A stretch of 63,505 bases of DNA, filler included, from Octopus bimaculoides (Eukaryota), in NCBI RefSeq assembly GCF_001194135.2. It is 6 parts of 6 records of this genome, joined end to end, with 100 filler letters (N's around TTAATTAATTAA, not from the genome) between each part and the next. Parts side by side here need not be neighbours in the genome. Positions count along the whole stretch, not along the records: positions 28,166 to 32,477 come from NW_026399202.1; positions 32,578 to 36,904 come from NC_068981.1; positions 37,005 to 58,276 come from NC_068991.1; 3 more parts are not named here. One strand, written 5' to 3'. The translations under genes were made by a program, and so were the position numbers. The notes beneath the pieces were generated by a model, which was not told where the DNA came from, did no database searches, and saw only the letters and a program-made list of their open reading frames with translations. Below, in pieces: positions 29,080 to 41,054 of the stretch (position 1 is the stretch's first letter; each line of letters starts with the position of its first letter).

Positions 29080-29338
29080 NNNNNNNNNNNNNNNNNNNNN
29101 NNNNNNNNNNNNNNNNNNNNNNNNNNNNNNNNNNNNNNNNNNNNNNNNNNNNNNNNNNNNNNNNNNNNNNNNNNNNNNNNNNNNNNNNNNNNNNNNNNNN
29201 NNNNNNNNNNNNNNNNNNNNNNNNNNNNNNNNNNNNNNNNNNNNNNNNNNNNNNNNNNNNNNNNNNNNNNNNNNNNNNNNNNNNNNNNNNNNNNNNNNNN
29301 NNNNNNNNNNNNNNNNNNNNNNNNNNNNNNNNNNNNNN

Positions 29339-29382
<44 letters not shown>

Positions 29383-29739
29383 GCATATATGCACATACGC
29401 ACACACACGCACGCACACACGCACGCATACATAGATATAGTTTGACTGAATGGTTGAAAAGCTCGATCCCATAACACATCGCATACACAAACACTTGATA
29501 AATTTGTTGTTGTTATCAATATATAACAGAGTAGAATATAAACAAATGTAAATACAAAATGTTATTTCCTTAACACACCGAAGAAGAAAGGAGATTACCT
29601 TGACATGTTTCAAGACTGAATGATCACACTTTGGAAGATTATTATCTGTGATCTTTCTGCCTTTCAAGAGAAGCGAACAGCAAATACTATTTGTATCAGG
29701 CAAGAATTAGAAAGTAGATGGATTGCATATTGTCCCTTT

Positions 29740-30900
29740 GTTGTAGGTTTGACTTTTTGGATACAAAAGTCAAATTTTCTGGAAGCAGAATAGTGACAGA
29801 GTTATTTTGCAAGCCCACGTTTTCCCACATTTATCTCCACCGCTGCTTCGATCATCCACATCATCTTATTCGGTCAAATCTTAAATCCCAATTTTTGAGG
29901 ATAAAATGGATTTGTACTGACATACGGGTTTACTAGAAACATGCAAATGTTTTTGTATGTCATTATGTCAAACGCCGTTACAGTGAATCACGATTAAAGG
30001 AAATAGCAAATGAAATAGCTAAGATTAGCAAAGATAGTCAAACCTACACGCATAATTTTAGCAAACACAATACAATAGATGATAGAACTCATTTAGTGAT
30101 GAGCTGGCACCGACGTTTCGCTGGCATGTCAAAAGTGTTGCATGAAAGTTACCAGCATGTGGCGAAAAAATATCCCAGTTTCAAACAGATATTTCCTCAG
30201 CCGCCCATTGTAGCCTTTCGACGGAATAAGAATATAAAAGAATTATTGACCTCCATATCTGACTCCAAGAAAATGAGCACTGGAGTATCTGCACGCTGTA
30301 CCTTAAAGAACAGCCGCAAGAGAGATAAGCCCTTTCATTGTGCAACAACATGAGTGAAATGAATTCCATCAGAAATCATAACAGAAATGTTATGATTTAT
30401 ACAGAAGGTGGAACATGTAAAGATTCCCATTTAGTGTACACTGCAGAATGCACGAAACACAACTTAATTTATGCTGGTTGTACAACAGAACAATTAAACA
30501 AAAGGTTTAATGGGCACAGATTCGGCATAAGGCACAAGAACAGTAGTTCAACAGAACTTGCTGAACATTTCGTTTCAAGCGGCTGCAATTTTGAAGAAGA
30601 CTTGAAAGTGCATATTCTCAGAAAATATTCTGAATCTGCTTCACTTTCACTTCTCAGAATGTATGAGGAGAAATATGTTTGCGGGTTATTAACATCACGC
30701 CCTGGTGGAATGAATAAGATGACAGGAGAATATCATCAAATTTCTACAAACCTGTTTGCTTAAATATTCTTCTTTCTCTCCTTTTTCTTTACGCTTTCTC
30801 TGTCGTCTTCTTTTTTCTGGGGGTTTTTCTGTCTTTTTTTTTTCGCCTGTTATAAAATTGTAACTTAAAAACTGATGATGTCATTCCATCAACGTGTGGA
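29740..30900 (+). mobile_element. Penelope-like element (PLE), 5'-truncated: RT C-terminus, linker and GIY-YIG endonuclease, with frameshifts
   Basis: FLDTKV...TELFCKPTFSHIYLHRCFDHPHHLIRSNLKSQFLRI (PLE RT thumb); PPIVAFRRNKNIKELL; CKDSHLVYTAECTKHNLIYAGCTTEQLNKRFNGHR...LAEHF (GIY-YIG). U-rich 3'UTR ends in a CTGATGA motif at 30872. Confidence 0.9.
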
Positions 30901-30941
30901 CGCTGGTTGCTCTCGTTCATACTTTACGTTCAAATTTCTAT

Positions 30942-31554
30942 AATTACCTCCGCCAAGGAAGGAGGTTATGTTTTCATCGGCGTTGATTTGTCCGTCTGTC
31001 CGTCTGTGTGCAAAATAACTCAAAACGTTGCAAACGGTATTTGATGAAACTTGCAGGAAGAGTTGATAATGACACAAAGAACACATGATGAAATTTTGGT
31101 AGTGATCTGGGAATTTTTATGGATTCTTGAAGGATTTTTCATTTGTTATATTTACTTTACATGAAGTATTTGTTACATTCTTTGATTATCTCCCTTGATA
31201 ACACGTTCATCGTTTCCATGTAACCTATGGTGGTGTTGCTGTTTGCAAAGTTTGTTTTCGTTTCTCTATTAGTAATTTTACTCGTGTATCTATCTTAACA
31301 CTCAAGTTTTAGGGAATTGTTGTTTCTTTTTAGTTGTATGGTGAAACTAGCCTGCTGTTCTCGTTGTCATTGATGTACTATAACTGTTTCAGATGATTCC
31401 TGTTTTTAAAGGTTTTTTTAAAAAAATCATATGGCTGTTATTTTTTGTAACCCCGGCGTTGGTTTGGGAAATTGGGCGATTTTCAGCATGCCGGTATATG
31501 GGTGGAAATGAGCTGTTTGGCGGAGGCCTGCGATCTCCGAGTGCTTTTCTAGTT
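30942..31554 (+). mobile_element. Helentron-associated non-autonomous element (HINE/DINE-1-like)
   Basis: Starts ATTACCTCCGCCAAGG..GGTTATGTTTTCA, has a (GTCC/GTCT)n tract, subterminal inverted repeat CCTCCGCCAA (30947-30956) / TTGGCGGAGG (31517-31526), and ends GCGATCTCCGAGTGCTTTTCTAGTT. Confidence 0.7.
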
Positions 31555-31665
31555 CTGAATTTTTATCACTTCTTATTTTGAATTGACAAAGACAGACTTA
31601 GTGTTGAAGTATTGTTCAACCAATAAAATATCTTACAATCGAATCGCGCTCTTCGTCTTGACTAC

Positions 31666-31666
<1 letters not shown>

Positions 31667-31732
<66 letters not shown>

Positions 31733-31789
31733 GTTGTTGTTGTTGTTGTTCTTGTTCTTGTTATTATTATTATTATCATCATTATTATC

Positions 31790-31838
<49 letters not shown>

Positions 31839-31842
31839 GTAA
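31667..31842. repeat. Compound trinucleotide microsatellite (TAT)n(TGT)n switching to (AAT)n
   Basis: Directly visible; the polarity switch is near 31790. Confidence 0.95.
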
Positions 31843-32477
31843 TTGACCTCAAACTTTATGGTAAAGATGAAGCCCAAGTCAGTTCCCTTGTTGATACGGT
31901 GTATACCTTCAGTGCTGATATCGGAATGGCGTTTGGACTGAGAAAGTGTTGTGTGTTAGTCTTGAAGACAGGCAAAATCAAATGTATGGACAGGCTAACG
32001 ATACCGTCGGAGAGGTTATGAAGCAGATAGGAGAGACGGGCTATAAGTACTTGGGGATTTTAGAAATGGACAAATTGATAGAGAAAGAAATGACAGAAAA
32101 ATTTAAGGAGGAGTACTTGCGCAGACTGAGAATGATTCTTAAGTCGAAATTAAATGAACGGAATAAGATTGAGGCTATCAAAACCTGGGCGGTTTCACTC
32201 CTTAGATATGGAGCAGGGGTAATTGCATGGACAATAGATGAACTAAACAGCTTAGACAGAAAGAAAAGGAAGTTGCTAACTAGATATGGGTCACTCCATC
32301 CAAAAAGTGACACAGACAGACTGTATGTACCAAGAAAAAGAGGGGGAAGAGCACTTATTGGATGCGAACACAGCATTAGAGCAGAAGTAAACAACATAGC
32401 ATGGTATGTAAAAAATACTACAAAACTGCTATTATTAGAAGTAAGAAGGTCAGGGTTGTGTAGGATGAAAGATTGCA
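31843..32477 (+). mobile_element. R4/Dong-clade LINE fragment (RT C-terminal half/thumb), 5'-truncated at the DDLKLY motif, runs into scaffold end
   Basis: DLKLYGKDEAQVSSLV...YKYLGILE...EEYLRRLRMILKSKLNERNKIEAIKTWAVSLLRYGAG...LHPKSDTDRLYVPRKRGGR. Highly similar by eye to 3050-3333 and preceded directly by (AAT)n. Confidence 0.88.
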
Positions 32478-32577
32478 NNNNNNNNNNNNNNNNNNNNNNN
32501 NNNNNNNNNNNNNNNNNNNNNTTAATTAATTAANNNNNNNNNNNNNNNNNNNNNNNNNNNNNNNNNNNNNNNNNNNN

Positions 32578-32760
32578 CTTATTCTGTTTTCAACAGTTCC
32601 CGATTTTTTATATCTTTGAATAAATGAAGATATGGTAGAAAATGGAATACAAAGGGTCTCTGATATTTTCCTGTAACTTTTACCTGCTTTCCACTGTTCA
32701 ATAATTAAGTTTTTCACTGAATTTGTGAGTTCTTTACTTTTCGTCATTATTACGACACTA
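32578..32760 (-). mobile_element. Tc1/mariner transposase N-terminal HTH fragment
   Basis: MTKSKELTNSVKNLIIEQWKAGKSYRKISETLCIPFSTISSFIQRYKKSGTVENR, a typical Tc1 paired-like HTH start. Cut by the scaffold end. Confidence 0.8.
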
Positions 32761-33445
32761 CTTTATATTGTCTCAGTGCTGAATGAAGAAGCTAGCATTT
32801 CGACACTTAAAAATGACTACTGATAAGATTATTGGAACAAATGAGAAAGTTCTGGGAAAAAAAAAAATTATTTTAACAGTATTTTGTGTCATAGAAAATC
32901 ATACCTATTGGTTGAGCCGAATCAATTTGAAATGATTTAATTAAGAGAACACATTTAGTTACATTATATGGCCATGGTTTTAGATCGTTATGATCTCCAA
33001 GATAAGTCAGGTGCTTTATCATGCTACTTGTCAATTCCGGGAAAATTATTGATACTGAAGCAGACTGTTCTGAGACTTACTGAACTCCGTATATTAAAAG
33101 ACTACGTCTCACACACACACATTGAAAATACACGCATATACATGAATACACACACAATGAAAGAGAGTGAAAATTCAACATTGTAAAAAGCCCCCCAAAA
33201 CTGTTGTGGCAGAAATCAACATCTCTGAGATTGAAACAAGACATTTATGGCCGTAAATAGACTACACCCAGCAGCACAGAAAGCAAAACCTATGTAGATT
33301 AGGTTTGACGAAGAAGTCAAACCATTTCTCCTGCCAAACAATACTGAGGTAAGATGGAAAAGCCTTACGTTATAACAAACACTAACCAAAACCTGTAATA
33401 TGGCACATATTTAATATATTAAAGGGCACCTTTAATATATTAAAT

Positions 33446-36284
33446 TTTTTTTTATATTCTAAAATGTTATTTACCTCATTTATAAATTAATTTAATTCTT
33501 CAATCTTTCTGGGCAAATATATCTATCACATTTTCATAGAAATCTTCTCTTTTCATCAATTGTTGTAATAAATCTTTTTCAATTGACATTAGTGCTAACC
33601 CAGACAGTCTTCTTTCTCCTGTTGCATTTCTTTGGTATGTATTGATTCTACTTAATGCAGAAAAGGATCGCTCTACAGAATCATTGGTAGACAGAATTGT
33701 CAAAATCAACTTGCAGAGATTGAAGAGTTCTGGCATAGCTTCAACAAGGTCATAGCTGTAAATGTAACTCATTAAATGACTTTCACTTTGCTTTTTAAAA
33801 TCTTTCATTGAATACATCACATTGAGCTCACTTTGTAATCGTATTGCATCAAAAAATCTGCCATAAGTGATTTTTAAAGAATCTATAGAGTCCACAGGAA
33901 ATTGTTTGCAATACTCATCAACTTTGTTGAAATTTCAAAAGTTCCATGAATTTAAACTCTTCTAAGGATTAATATCGTGCTTTTATTTGGTCAACTACTG
34001 TACTGATAATTTTGTTATAAAGCATTCTATAATGTCATTGGGGCTCAGTAGATATATTTTTGGATCTCTGAATTCCGATTCCTGCATCGACTCCATATTT
34101 TTCCCCTAACATATAAAAGATTGAAAGATTATGAAGTTTGTTTTCAAGTACAGTTCTAGTTTTATCTATTTGTTCTTTACAATACACTACCTCATGACTT
34201 TTACTCTGGAGGATGTTAAATAAGACGTCAGTAAAAGAAATGATGTCACTGAATACTTTTAGCAAAAATAAGAAATCAGGAGCTTTTAAAGTGTGTAAGA
34301 ATCCAATTGCTGAATTTATGGTGGTATCATCCCATGCTTCAGGATTTTCAATGATGTGTTCAAAAAAGCTGATTATAAAATTATAATTTTCCTTTGTGGT
34401 AATAATAAGACGTGAGGAGTAATTCCATCTAGTTGCTGTTGCTTTCGGAAATCTTTTTTTAACAATGTTATCTAATGCATTAGCCCTTTTTGGTGATTTC
34501 GTAAAAAATGTACCCAGTCCGTTTATTGTCGAAAAAAATATCTTCCATTCTTTCATAGCAGAGCATGATTGTGAAAGAACTAAATTTAGAACATGGTCAC
34601 AACAATGAATAAACATCGCATATTCATATTTCTTTCTTACTTTTGCCTGTAACCCATTTAATTGTCCTGCCATTGTAGTGGCACCATCATATGTCTGTGC
34701 AATCAATTTATTTCCACATTCCCACGTCTCAATGCATTTAAAAACATGTTTAGATAAAGCATTTGTAGATCGATCTGCACTAACATCACTAAAACCGATA
34801 AATCGTTCTTTCGTCACACAGTCTTCTGTAACATAATGTAAAACTGTTGACAGCTGTGAATATGCTGAGACATCAGATGTCTCATCAATCAAGTCATTTT
34901 ATATTCTGTTTGACAGACTGGTGAAGATAGAAGCTGTATCTAGATGACTTTCCATTTTTTTGTCATATTTACTGATTAAATATACGAGTTCTTTATAATT
35001 TCCACGATTATCAGAGTCTTCAGATTCAAAATGACCCCGAAATGATAATTCCTGGAGGCCTAAAAAAATAACAACATCGATCAATCGTTGCAGAATGGAT
35101 CTGTTTCATCTAACTTTCTCAATGCTTTGATTTTTACATGCATCTAATTGTAAGTTTATCGAACATTCCTGAATATATTAAGATCTATCAAAGATTTTAT
35201 ATGCCTTTGAGAACGCTCGTGCTTTAGCATAGCCATATGTAAATTATTTAAATCATCATAGCCTTTACCATTCCAAACATTCTTTTCTAAGCAAAAAAGT
35301 AAACAAGGCCAACAATAATTTATTAAGTGTAGCACTTCTAGTTAACCATTTTTTCTTTTCATACAAATTAACCTGAAATTGTCTCATGAATTTCTTGTTG
35401 TAGCTTCGCAAATTAGGTAGATTCGGTGTTGGTGTCCCACTGTTTATAATTAATTGTTTTCCATCGAAGTCTCTTTTCGAAAAACTATTTCTCAAAATCT
35501 CGTTTATAACACACATTTCACTCATTTCGCAAAAGGTTACTCTTATATAAGAACACACATATAAGCATCTGCGTAAATTGTAAGTGAATTTGAACAAAAT
35601 GGAAAAATAATGTTAGTTAAATTAATTTAAGATTAATTAGCTTCTCAAATAAGAAATATAATATAGATAATATTTTTGTTTTCAGAACACTCCAAAAATA
35701 TAATAGTGCAAACAGATGTTTTGGATAGAAAAATTCAAACTTACCACCAGGCTATTCCAAGAATTATGGCTAACTCACGAACTGCTCTTGTTCCGGTCAA
35801 AAATTTTAGAACTGCTTTTGTTCCAGTCAAAAATTTTACGGGTCAAAAAGTGGAACCAGGTTAGCAACAATTCTACACTAACAAAGAGACAGAGAGTGGG
35901 TGTCATGCAGTCTTCTCAAAGCATGACATGCCACAATGAATTTATGGAAACACTAAGAGAGAGAGGAAGGGGGTACAAAATTTTTCAAATGCCTTATCCT
36001 CTTAGCATATTTTTAAACAAGTCACTAAGAGAGAGAGGAAGGAAGGACAAACTAACAGAGACAGAGAGGGAGTGGCTGTCATGCAGGTATTCTCAAGGCA
36101 TGACTTCTCAAAGCAGAAGTACAAGTCACTGAGAGAGGGGAAGTGGAGACAAAATATTTCAAAAACAACTGGATGGATTTTCTTTGAAACAAAGTAACTA
36201 TTTTATCTAATTTTCCAATAATATGAATAAAAAATCACAGAGCATGCAGTGCATACCTTGCATACCTGAGAGTGCACGCCCCTG
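33446..36284 (-). mobile_element. hAT DNA transposon with disrupted ZMYM1/DUF4371-type transposase; 5' terminus at 36284, 3' TIR not found
   Basis: Four ORF pieces (35597-35265, 35084-34899, 34892-34035, 33895-33500) carry FRGHFES..NRGNYKEL, DETSDVS..QLS, ERFIGF, AQTYDGA, FIHCCDH.LNL, TRWN and hATC VERSFSALSRI. Minus-strand start CAGGGGCGTGCACTCTCAGGTATGCA is a typical hAT end. Confidence 0.9.
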
Positions 36285-36343
<59 letters not shown>

Positions 36344-36625
36344 CATGTATATACATACTTACATATATATTTATTAATAAGGGTAGAAATTGATATTGAT
36401 CAATTAAAACCAGTGGTCTAGCATATTAAAAAGAATCCAAAGATTAAAATTATATTACATACAAAAATAAGAGGAACGACCAGCAAAAGTGGACTCCTAT
36501 ATGTTAGAAATAGATACCGAATCATCTAACCACGAAAGATATGTTCTCAGTAAAAATTTAGCGACACAACAGACTGTAAAAGGGGCAAGACAAATGAAAA
36601 AATATTAAATAAAAAAACTATTAGC

Positions 36626-36690
36626 CTACGTACCATGGTTTCACCTGTTAAAATTTACATAAGTAAATATCTGCAGGATCATCAGCGTAG
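36626..36690 (-). ncRNA. Type I hammerhead ribozyme (minimal, PLE/retrozyme-type), intact catalytic core
   Basis: Minus strand: CTACG-CTGATGA-T-CCTG(26 nt containing an ATTTAC/GTAAAT stem)CAGG-T-GAAA-C-CATG-GTA-CGTAG. Stem I is 5 bp, stem II is CCTG/CAGG, stem III is 2 bp with palindromic CCATGG, and the cleavage triplet is GUA. Confidence 0.8.
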
Positions 36691-37766
36691 TCTGTTGATT
36701 TATAAAATATAATTTCCAGAACTAGACATAAGACGTCCACCCGAAATGGAGCACGTGTAGAGTTCTACAAATTACATTTAGTGTATCCTTTCAAATGTCT
36801 TCAATCTGGCACGCTAAGTCCAGAAATAACTGCAGTAAATAAATTTTTGCAGCTAATTTACCGGTTTGAGAACATCATTATTTAGAATTTATTAATAAGG
36901 GTAGNNNNNNNNNNNNNNNNNNNNNNNNNNNNNNNNNNNNNNNNNNNNTTAATTAATTAANNNNNNNNNNNNNNNNNNNNNNNNNNNNNNNNNNNNNNNN
37001 NNNNGTGAACCCTGCTGTACTTTTTCACCACAACTTTCTCTCACTCTTACTTCCTGTTTCTGTTGTGCCTGTAATTCAAAGGGTCAGCCTTGTCACACTC
37101 TGTGTCACGCTGAATATCCCCGAGAACTACGTTAAGGGTACACGTGTCTGTGGAGTGCTCAGCCACATGCACGTTAATTTCATGAGCAAGCTGTTCCGTT
37201 GATCGGATCAACTGGAACCCTCGACGTCGTAAGTGACGGAGTGCCAACAACAACAATGTAACACAATGTACCTGCAGCTACAGGGGGAGAGAACTCATAT
37301 GGCGCCATGATGTGTCTAAGCATGCTAAAGGTCAAGAATAAATATGCATATATTTGTTTCAGATCTTGCTGTACATGGAGCAAATAACGATGTTTTTTTT
37401 TTGATATAATAATACTTTTCCAAATTATTTTTTACTCTATATCCTCATATCAAGTCTCTTTACAGAACACCTATGTTTTACATACACAATATGGATTGCA
37501 CTCTGTGGATGCTGCTTTCCATTGGTACATTACCAGCATTCCTCTCAGACTCAAGACAGGTGTGCAAATCAAGAATTTCATTCCACATGGAACTAAAAGA
37601 TAACATCGTGTTTGATACTAATTAGATTGGTCAAATGCTTGACCATAAGGAGTAATTGTTAAAATGTTCTTCATTTCTTGTTTTTGATATATATATATAA
37701 TTATTTTAAAATCAGTATTTCATTAAGGTAAATTATATTTTGCCTTTTATTTTTCTCTTTAATTAG

Positions 37767-37878
37767 TTTTCACCTGATAGCAGCTCATCTGTCCCTCATC
37801 ATAAACATTATGCTCTTGAAGTCCAAGACAACTGTTCACCTACTATTGACCATTGTCGCATCAAGAGTACCTCGGTGG
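37767..37878 (+). CDS. FBXO11: F-box only protein 11, internal exon (112 bp, phase 0 to 1)
   Basis: aattag|TTT...GTG G|gtaggt. Translates FSPDSSSSVPHHKHYALEVQDNCSPTIDHCRIKSTSV, matching vertebrate FBXO11 [37 protein letters not shown] (recalled sequence). Phase joins the next exon. Confidence 0.93.
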
Positions 37879-38894
37879 GTAGGTAGAGAGACAGACTTTT
37901 TCATCATCTTTTTCTTTCCCTTCTCTATTTGATCCATTTCTTTTTTCCTTTTACTTTTTAAATTCATTGCTTTATTTTTTAATGCAATTTAATTGTACAA
38001 GTGTTCTTCAGTGTTTTTTGGAATACGTGCACACACACACACACACTTTTCATCAAATAGTATATTACTCTTCCTTTGATATTTGAATACTAGTTTTTCC
38101 ACCTTGTTTTTCATTTTTGTGTTTACCTGTGATTGTGTATGTGTGTATGTATGTGTGTGTGTGTGTGTGTGTATATATACATATGTATATGTGTATATAT
38201 GTGTGTATATATATNNNNNNNNNNNNNNNNNNNNNNNNNNNNNNNNNNNNNNNNNNNNNNNNNNNNNNNNNNNNNNNNNNNNNNNNNNNNNNNNNNNNNN
38301 NNNNNNNNNNNNNNNNNNNNNNNNNNNNNNNNNNNNNNNNNNNNNNNNNNNNNNNNNNNNNNNNNNNNNNNNNNNNNNNNNNNNNNNNNNNNNNNNNNNN
38401 NNNNNNNNNNNNNNNNNNNNNNNNNNNNNNNNNNNNNNNNNNNNNNNNNNNNNNNNNNNNNNNNNNNNNNNNNNNNNNNNNNNNNNNNNTTGTATGATTG
38501 TGTATACAGGAATATATTATTTTGTTTAAAAGAGTTCCAACACTGTCTGTTTTTTATGTTTTATTTATATTCCTGCAGAACCAATGTGGGGTATATGTAT
38601 ATATATATGTATGTGCCTCAGAGGGGAACTTTCTAGGTGCAATCCCATGGCCATTCATGACTAAAGAAGGCCTTTTAAATATAAACTACGTTTAATGTGA
38701 AGAGATGGGGTTCATTTAATGAAAACTCATTAACTAATTAACATTCATCTCAGACATTTAGATATTAATTGAAGCTTGTTGATTTTCCTTTTTTTTAAGA
38801 GGTCATGACCTAAAAAGTTTAGCTTTGATTCTTTGGTGAGTTCTTGCTGACAATGTGTTTAATTTGGTGCTTCTTTCTTGATCTCTTTCCTTAG

Positions 38895-39001
38895 TTGGTG
38901 CTGCTGTTTGTGTGTCGGGTATGGGGGCCGACCCCCACCTCAAGCATTGCATTATCAAAGACTGCGAGAATGTTGGCTTGTATGTCACTGATCATGCACA
39001 G
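38895..39001 (+). CDS. FBXO11: FBXO11 internal exon (107 bp, phase 1 to 0)
   Basis: ccttag|TT GGT...CAG|gtaaga. Translates (V)[35 protein letters not shown]; compare FBXO11 [36 protein letters not shown]. Confidence 0.96.
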
Positions 39002-39671
39002 GTAAGAATAAAATCTTTCACCTTGATTATGTACAGGTAAATATATACCCCCTGCTGGTCCTCATCACCACAAATCACAAAGCTTCTGAAATTTGCTGGT
39101 CTAGATTTGAAACCTGAAAGCTGATATTGACCATGGCTTATGGAGATTGTTAAAATGAAATTTGGAAACCTGACGTTGAAATGGCTGTGTAAATTCTTGT
39201 TTGAGTGTGTGGCTGGCTGCAAGTATGCACTATTGAAAAGATCCAAAAAGGCTAAAATGCATCTGGTGTTCTTGTAGGCTATTGCTGAAATGAATTTTCT
39301 CTTCCTCTGATATATATTTTTTTAACATAGCATGTTCATAAGAAATATTATTCCAGGATAAATACTGTAGTAATTGGCCTATTGACAGTATGTATACCTT
39401 AAATATGATACACAGATGGCTATTTTAAATTAATACTGTCTCAGTTGGTTATACTGAATATATATTCACTGCTTGCACGCATCTTTGCCTGTAAACCTTC
39501 AGTGAAGCTCTACATCGCGCAGATAGCTTACTGGCTGCTATTTCTAGCAATGATTGTACTTTGTGTACATCAGCTTAGTATATTTATAATCCTACCTTTT
39601 ATGGTGCTTTATTCTTGCTGGATAGTAATATTATTTTTAATAATATTTATATTTCTTGTATGTATTCAATG

Positions 39672-39704
<33 letters not shown>

Positions 39705-40924
39705 CAAGTGGAAATGGATGTGCTTGCCGTACAATAAATTTATTGTTCAAGTTGCAGCTTTTTCTTTTTAGTAATCCCATTAAATCCCCTCAGATGCATG
39801 ATCCCTTAGGGGTCTGTGCAGTCTGAGAAAGGCTGTCAGTAAGAGAGAGAAAACAACATGGGCATGTTTCCTCCCCACTCTCTCTTATTTTGTGTGTGTG
39901 TGTGTGTGTGTGTGTAAATACAAACACACCAGTCAACCAGAAAGTCTCTATACGGTCGTTGAACCTGCTAGAAATAGCAGCACCTATTCTCTCTCTCTGA
40001 TAACATCATGTTCTCTTAAAACGAAGAATATTTGAAGTAAAGTAGTCCTAGATGTGATGTTACCATGTTTAGATAAAAGAAAAGATGACCATAGCCGTAT
40101 CGCTTCTGACCCTAGGTTTACTCGATCAGGTCTGACCTAGAATTGAACAACAGATAAACCAAAATGAGTGTAGGATTCCCTTTTAATTTCTCAGTAACTC
40201 TAAGTACAGATTAAACTAGGAATTCATTTTCCACGACTTCACCAATGCTATAATGTGCTAATATAGGAAAAAATGTATCAACAAATGTCTGTCTAAATAC
40301 TATCTTTAAAGGTGGTTGAACTGACTGATAATTCCGAATGCTGTAGTTGAAGATTTTTAGTTTAAAGTTCGAATCCAGCTGGTGTCTACTTCTGGTGTTA
40401 AGTTAAATTTCTGGTAGTCTTGATTCAACTACCTATACCTATTACCTTGAAAAATTTCCCTTTTTTCTTGTCAGAAGAAATTATTATCGTAGATTAATTT
40501 CACCCCCATCATTTAATCAATCTATGTTTGTGTCGTCTTTGAGCAAACGGTAAATGTCAGAAAATCATATTTTTACACAGTCGATTTAAAAAGCCGTCAT
40601 TAACAAGGGAAATAACTTACAGAAAACACGGTTCATTTAAGGGGAATAACTCTTTCTTTCCATTCTGGATAATTAGTAACAGTTTTCCTTCTGGTGTTAA
40701 CCATAATAATAATGGTTTCAAATTTTGCCACAAGGGTTCCAGTTTTGAGGGAGAGGATGAGAGTCGATTATATCGATCCCAGTGTTCAACTGGTTATGAT
40801 TTTATCAGCCCCGAAAGGGTGAAAGAACTCGGCGGAATTTGAACCCAGAACATAAGCGACGGGCGAAATACCGCTAAGCACTTCGTCCAGCGCGCTAACT
40901 ATTCTGCCAGATTGCTTCCTTAAT

Positions 40925-40958
<34 letters not shown>

Positions 40959-41054
40959 TTTTTTAAAGGATTGACGTAACTCTTCACGAAGGTAAATAGT
41001 CAAGATGAAGAGCGCGATTCGATTGTATAAATGTTTTATTCGTTGAACGATATT

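Noticed and set aside
39002-39040. Second CAG|GTAAAT donor-like site 35 nt downstream of the FBXO11 donor
   Set aside because: Use would shift the frame, and there is no supporting evidence.
39445-39771. Hydrophobic 108-aa ORF in an FBXO11 intron
   Set aside because: The composition is explained by T-rich sequence and (TA)n; no recognisable domain.
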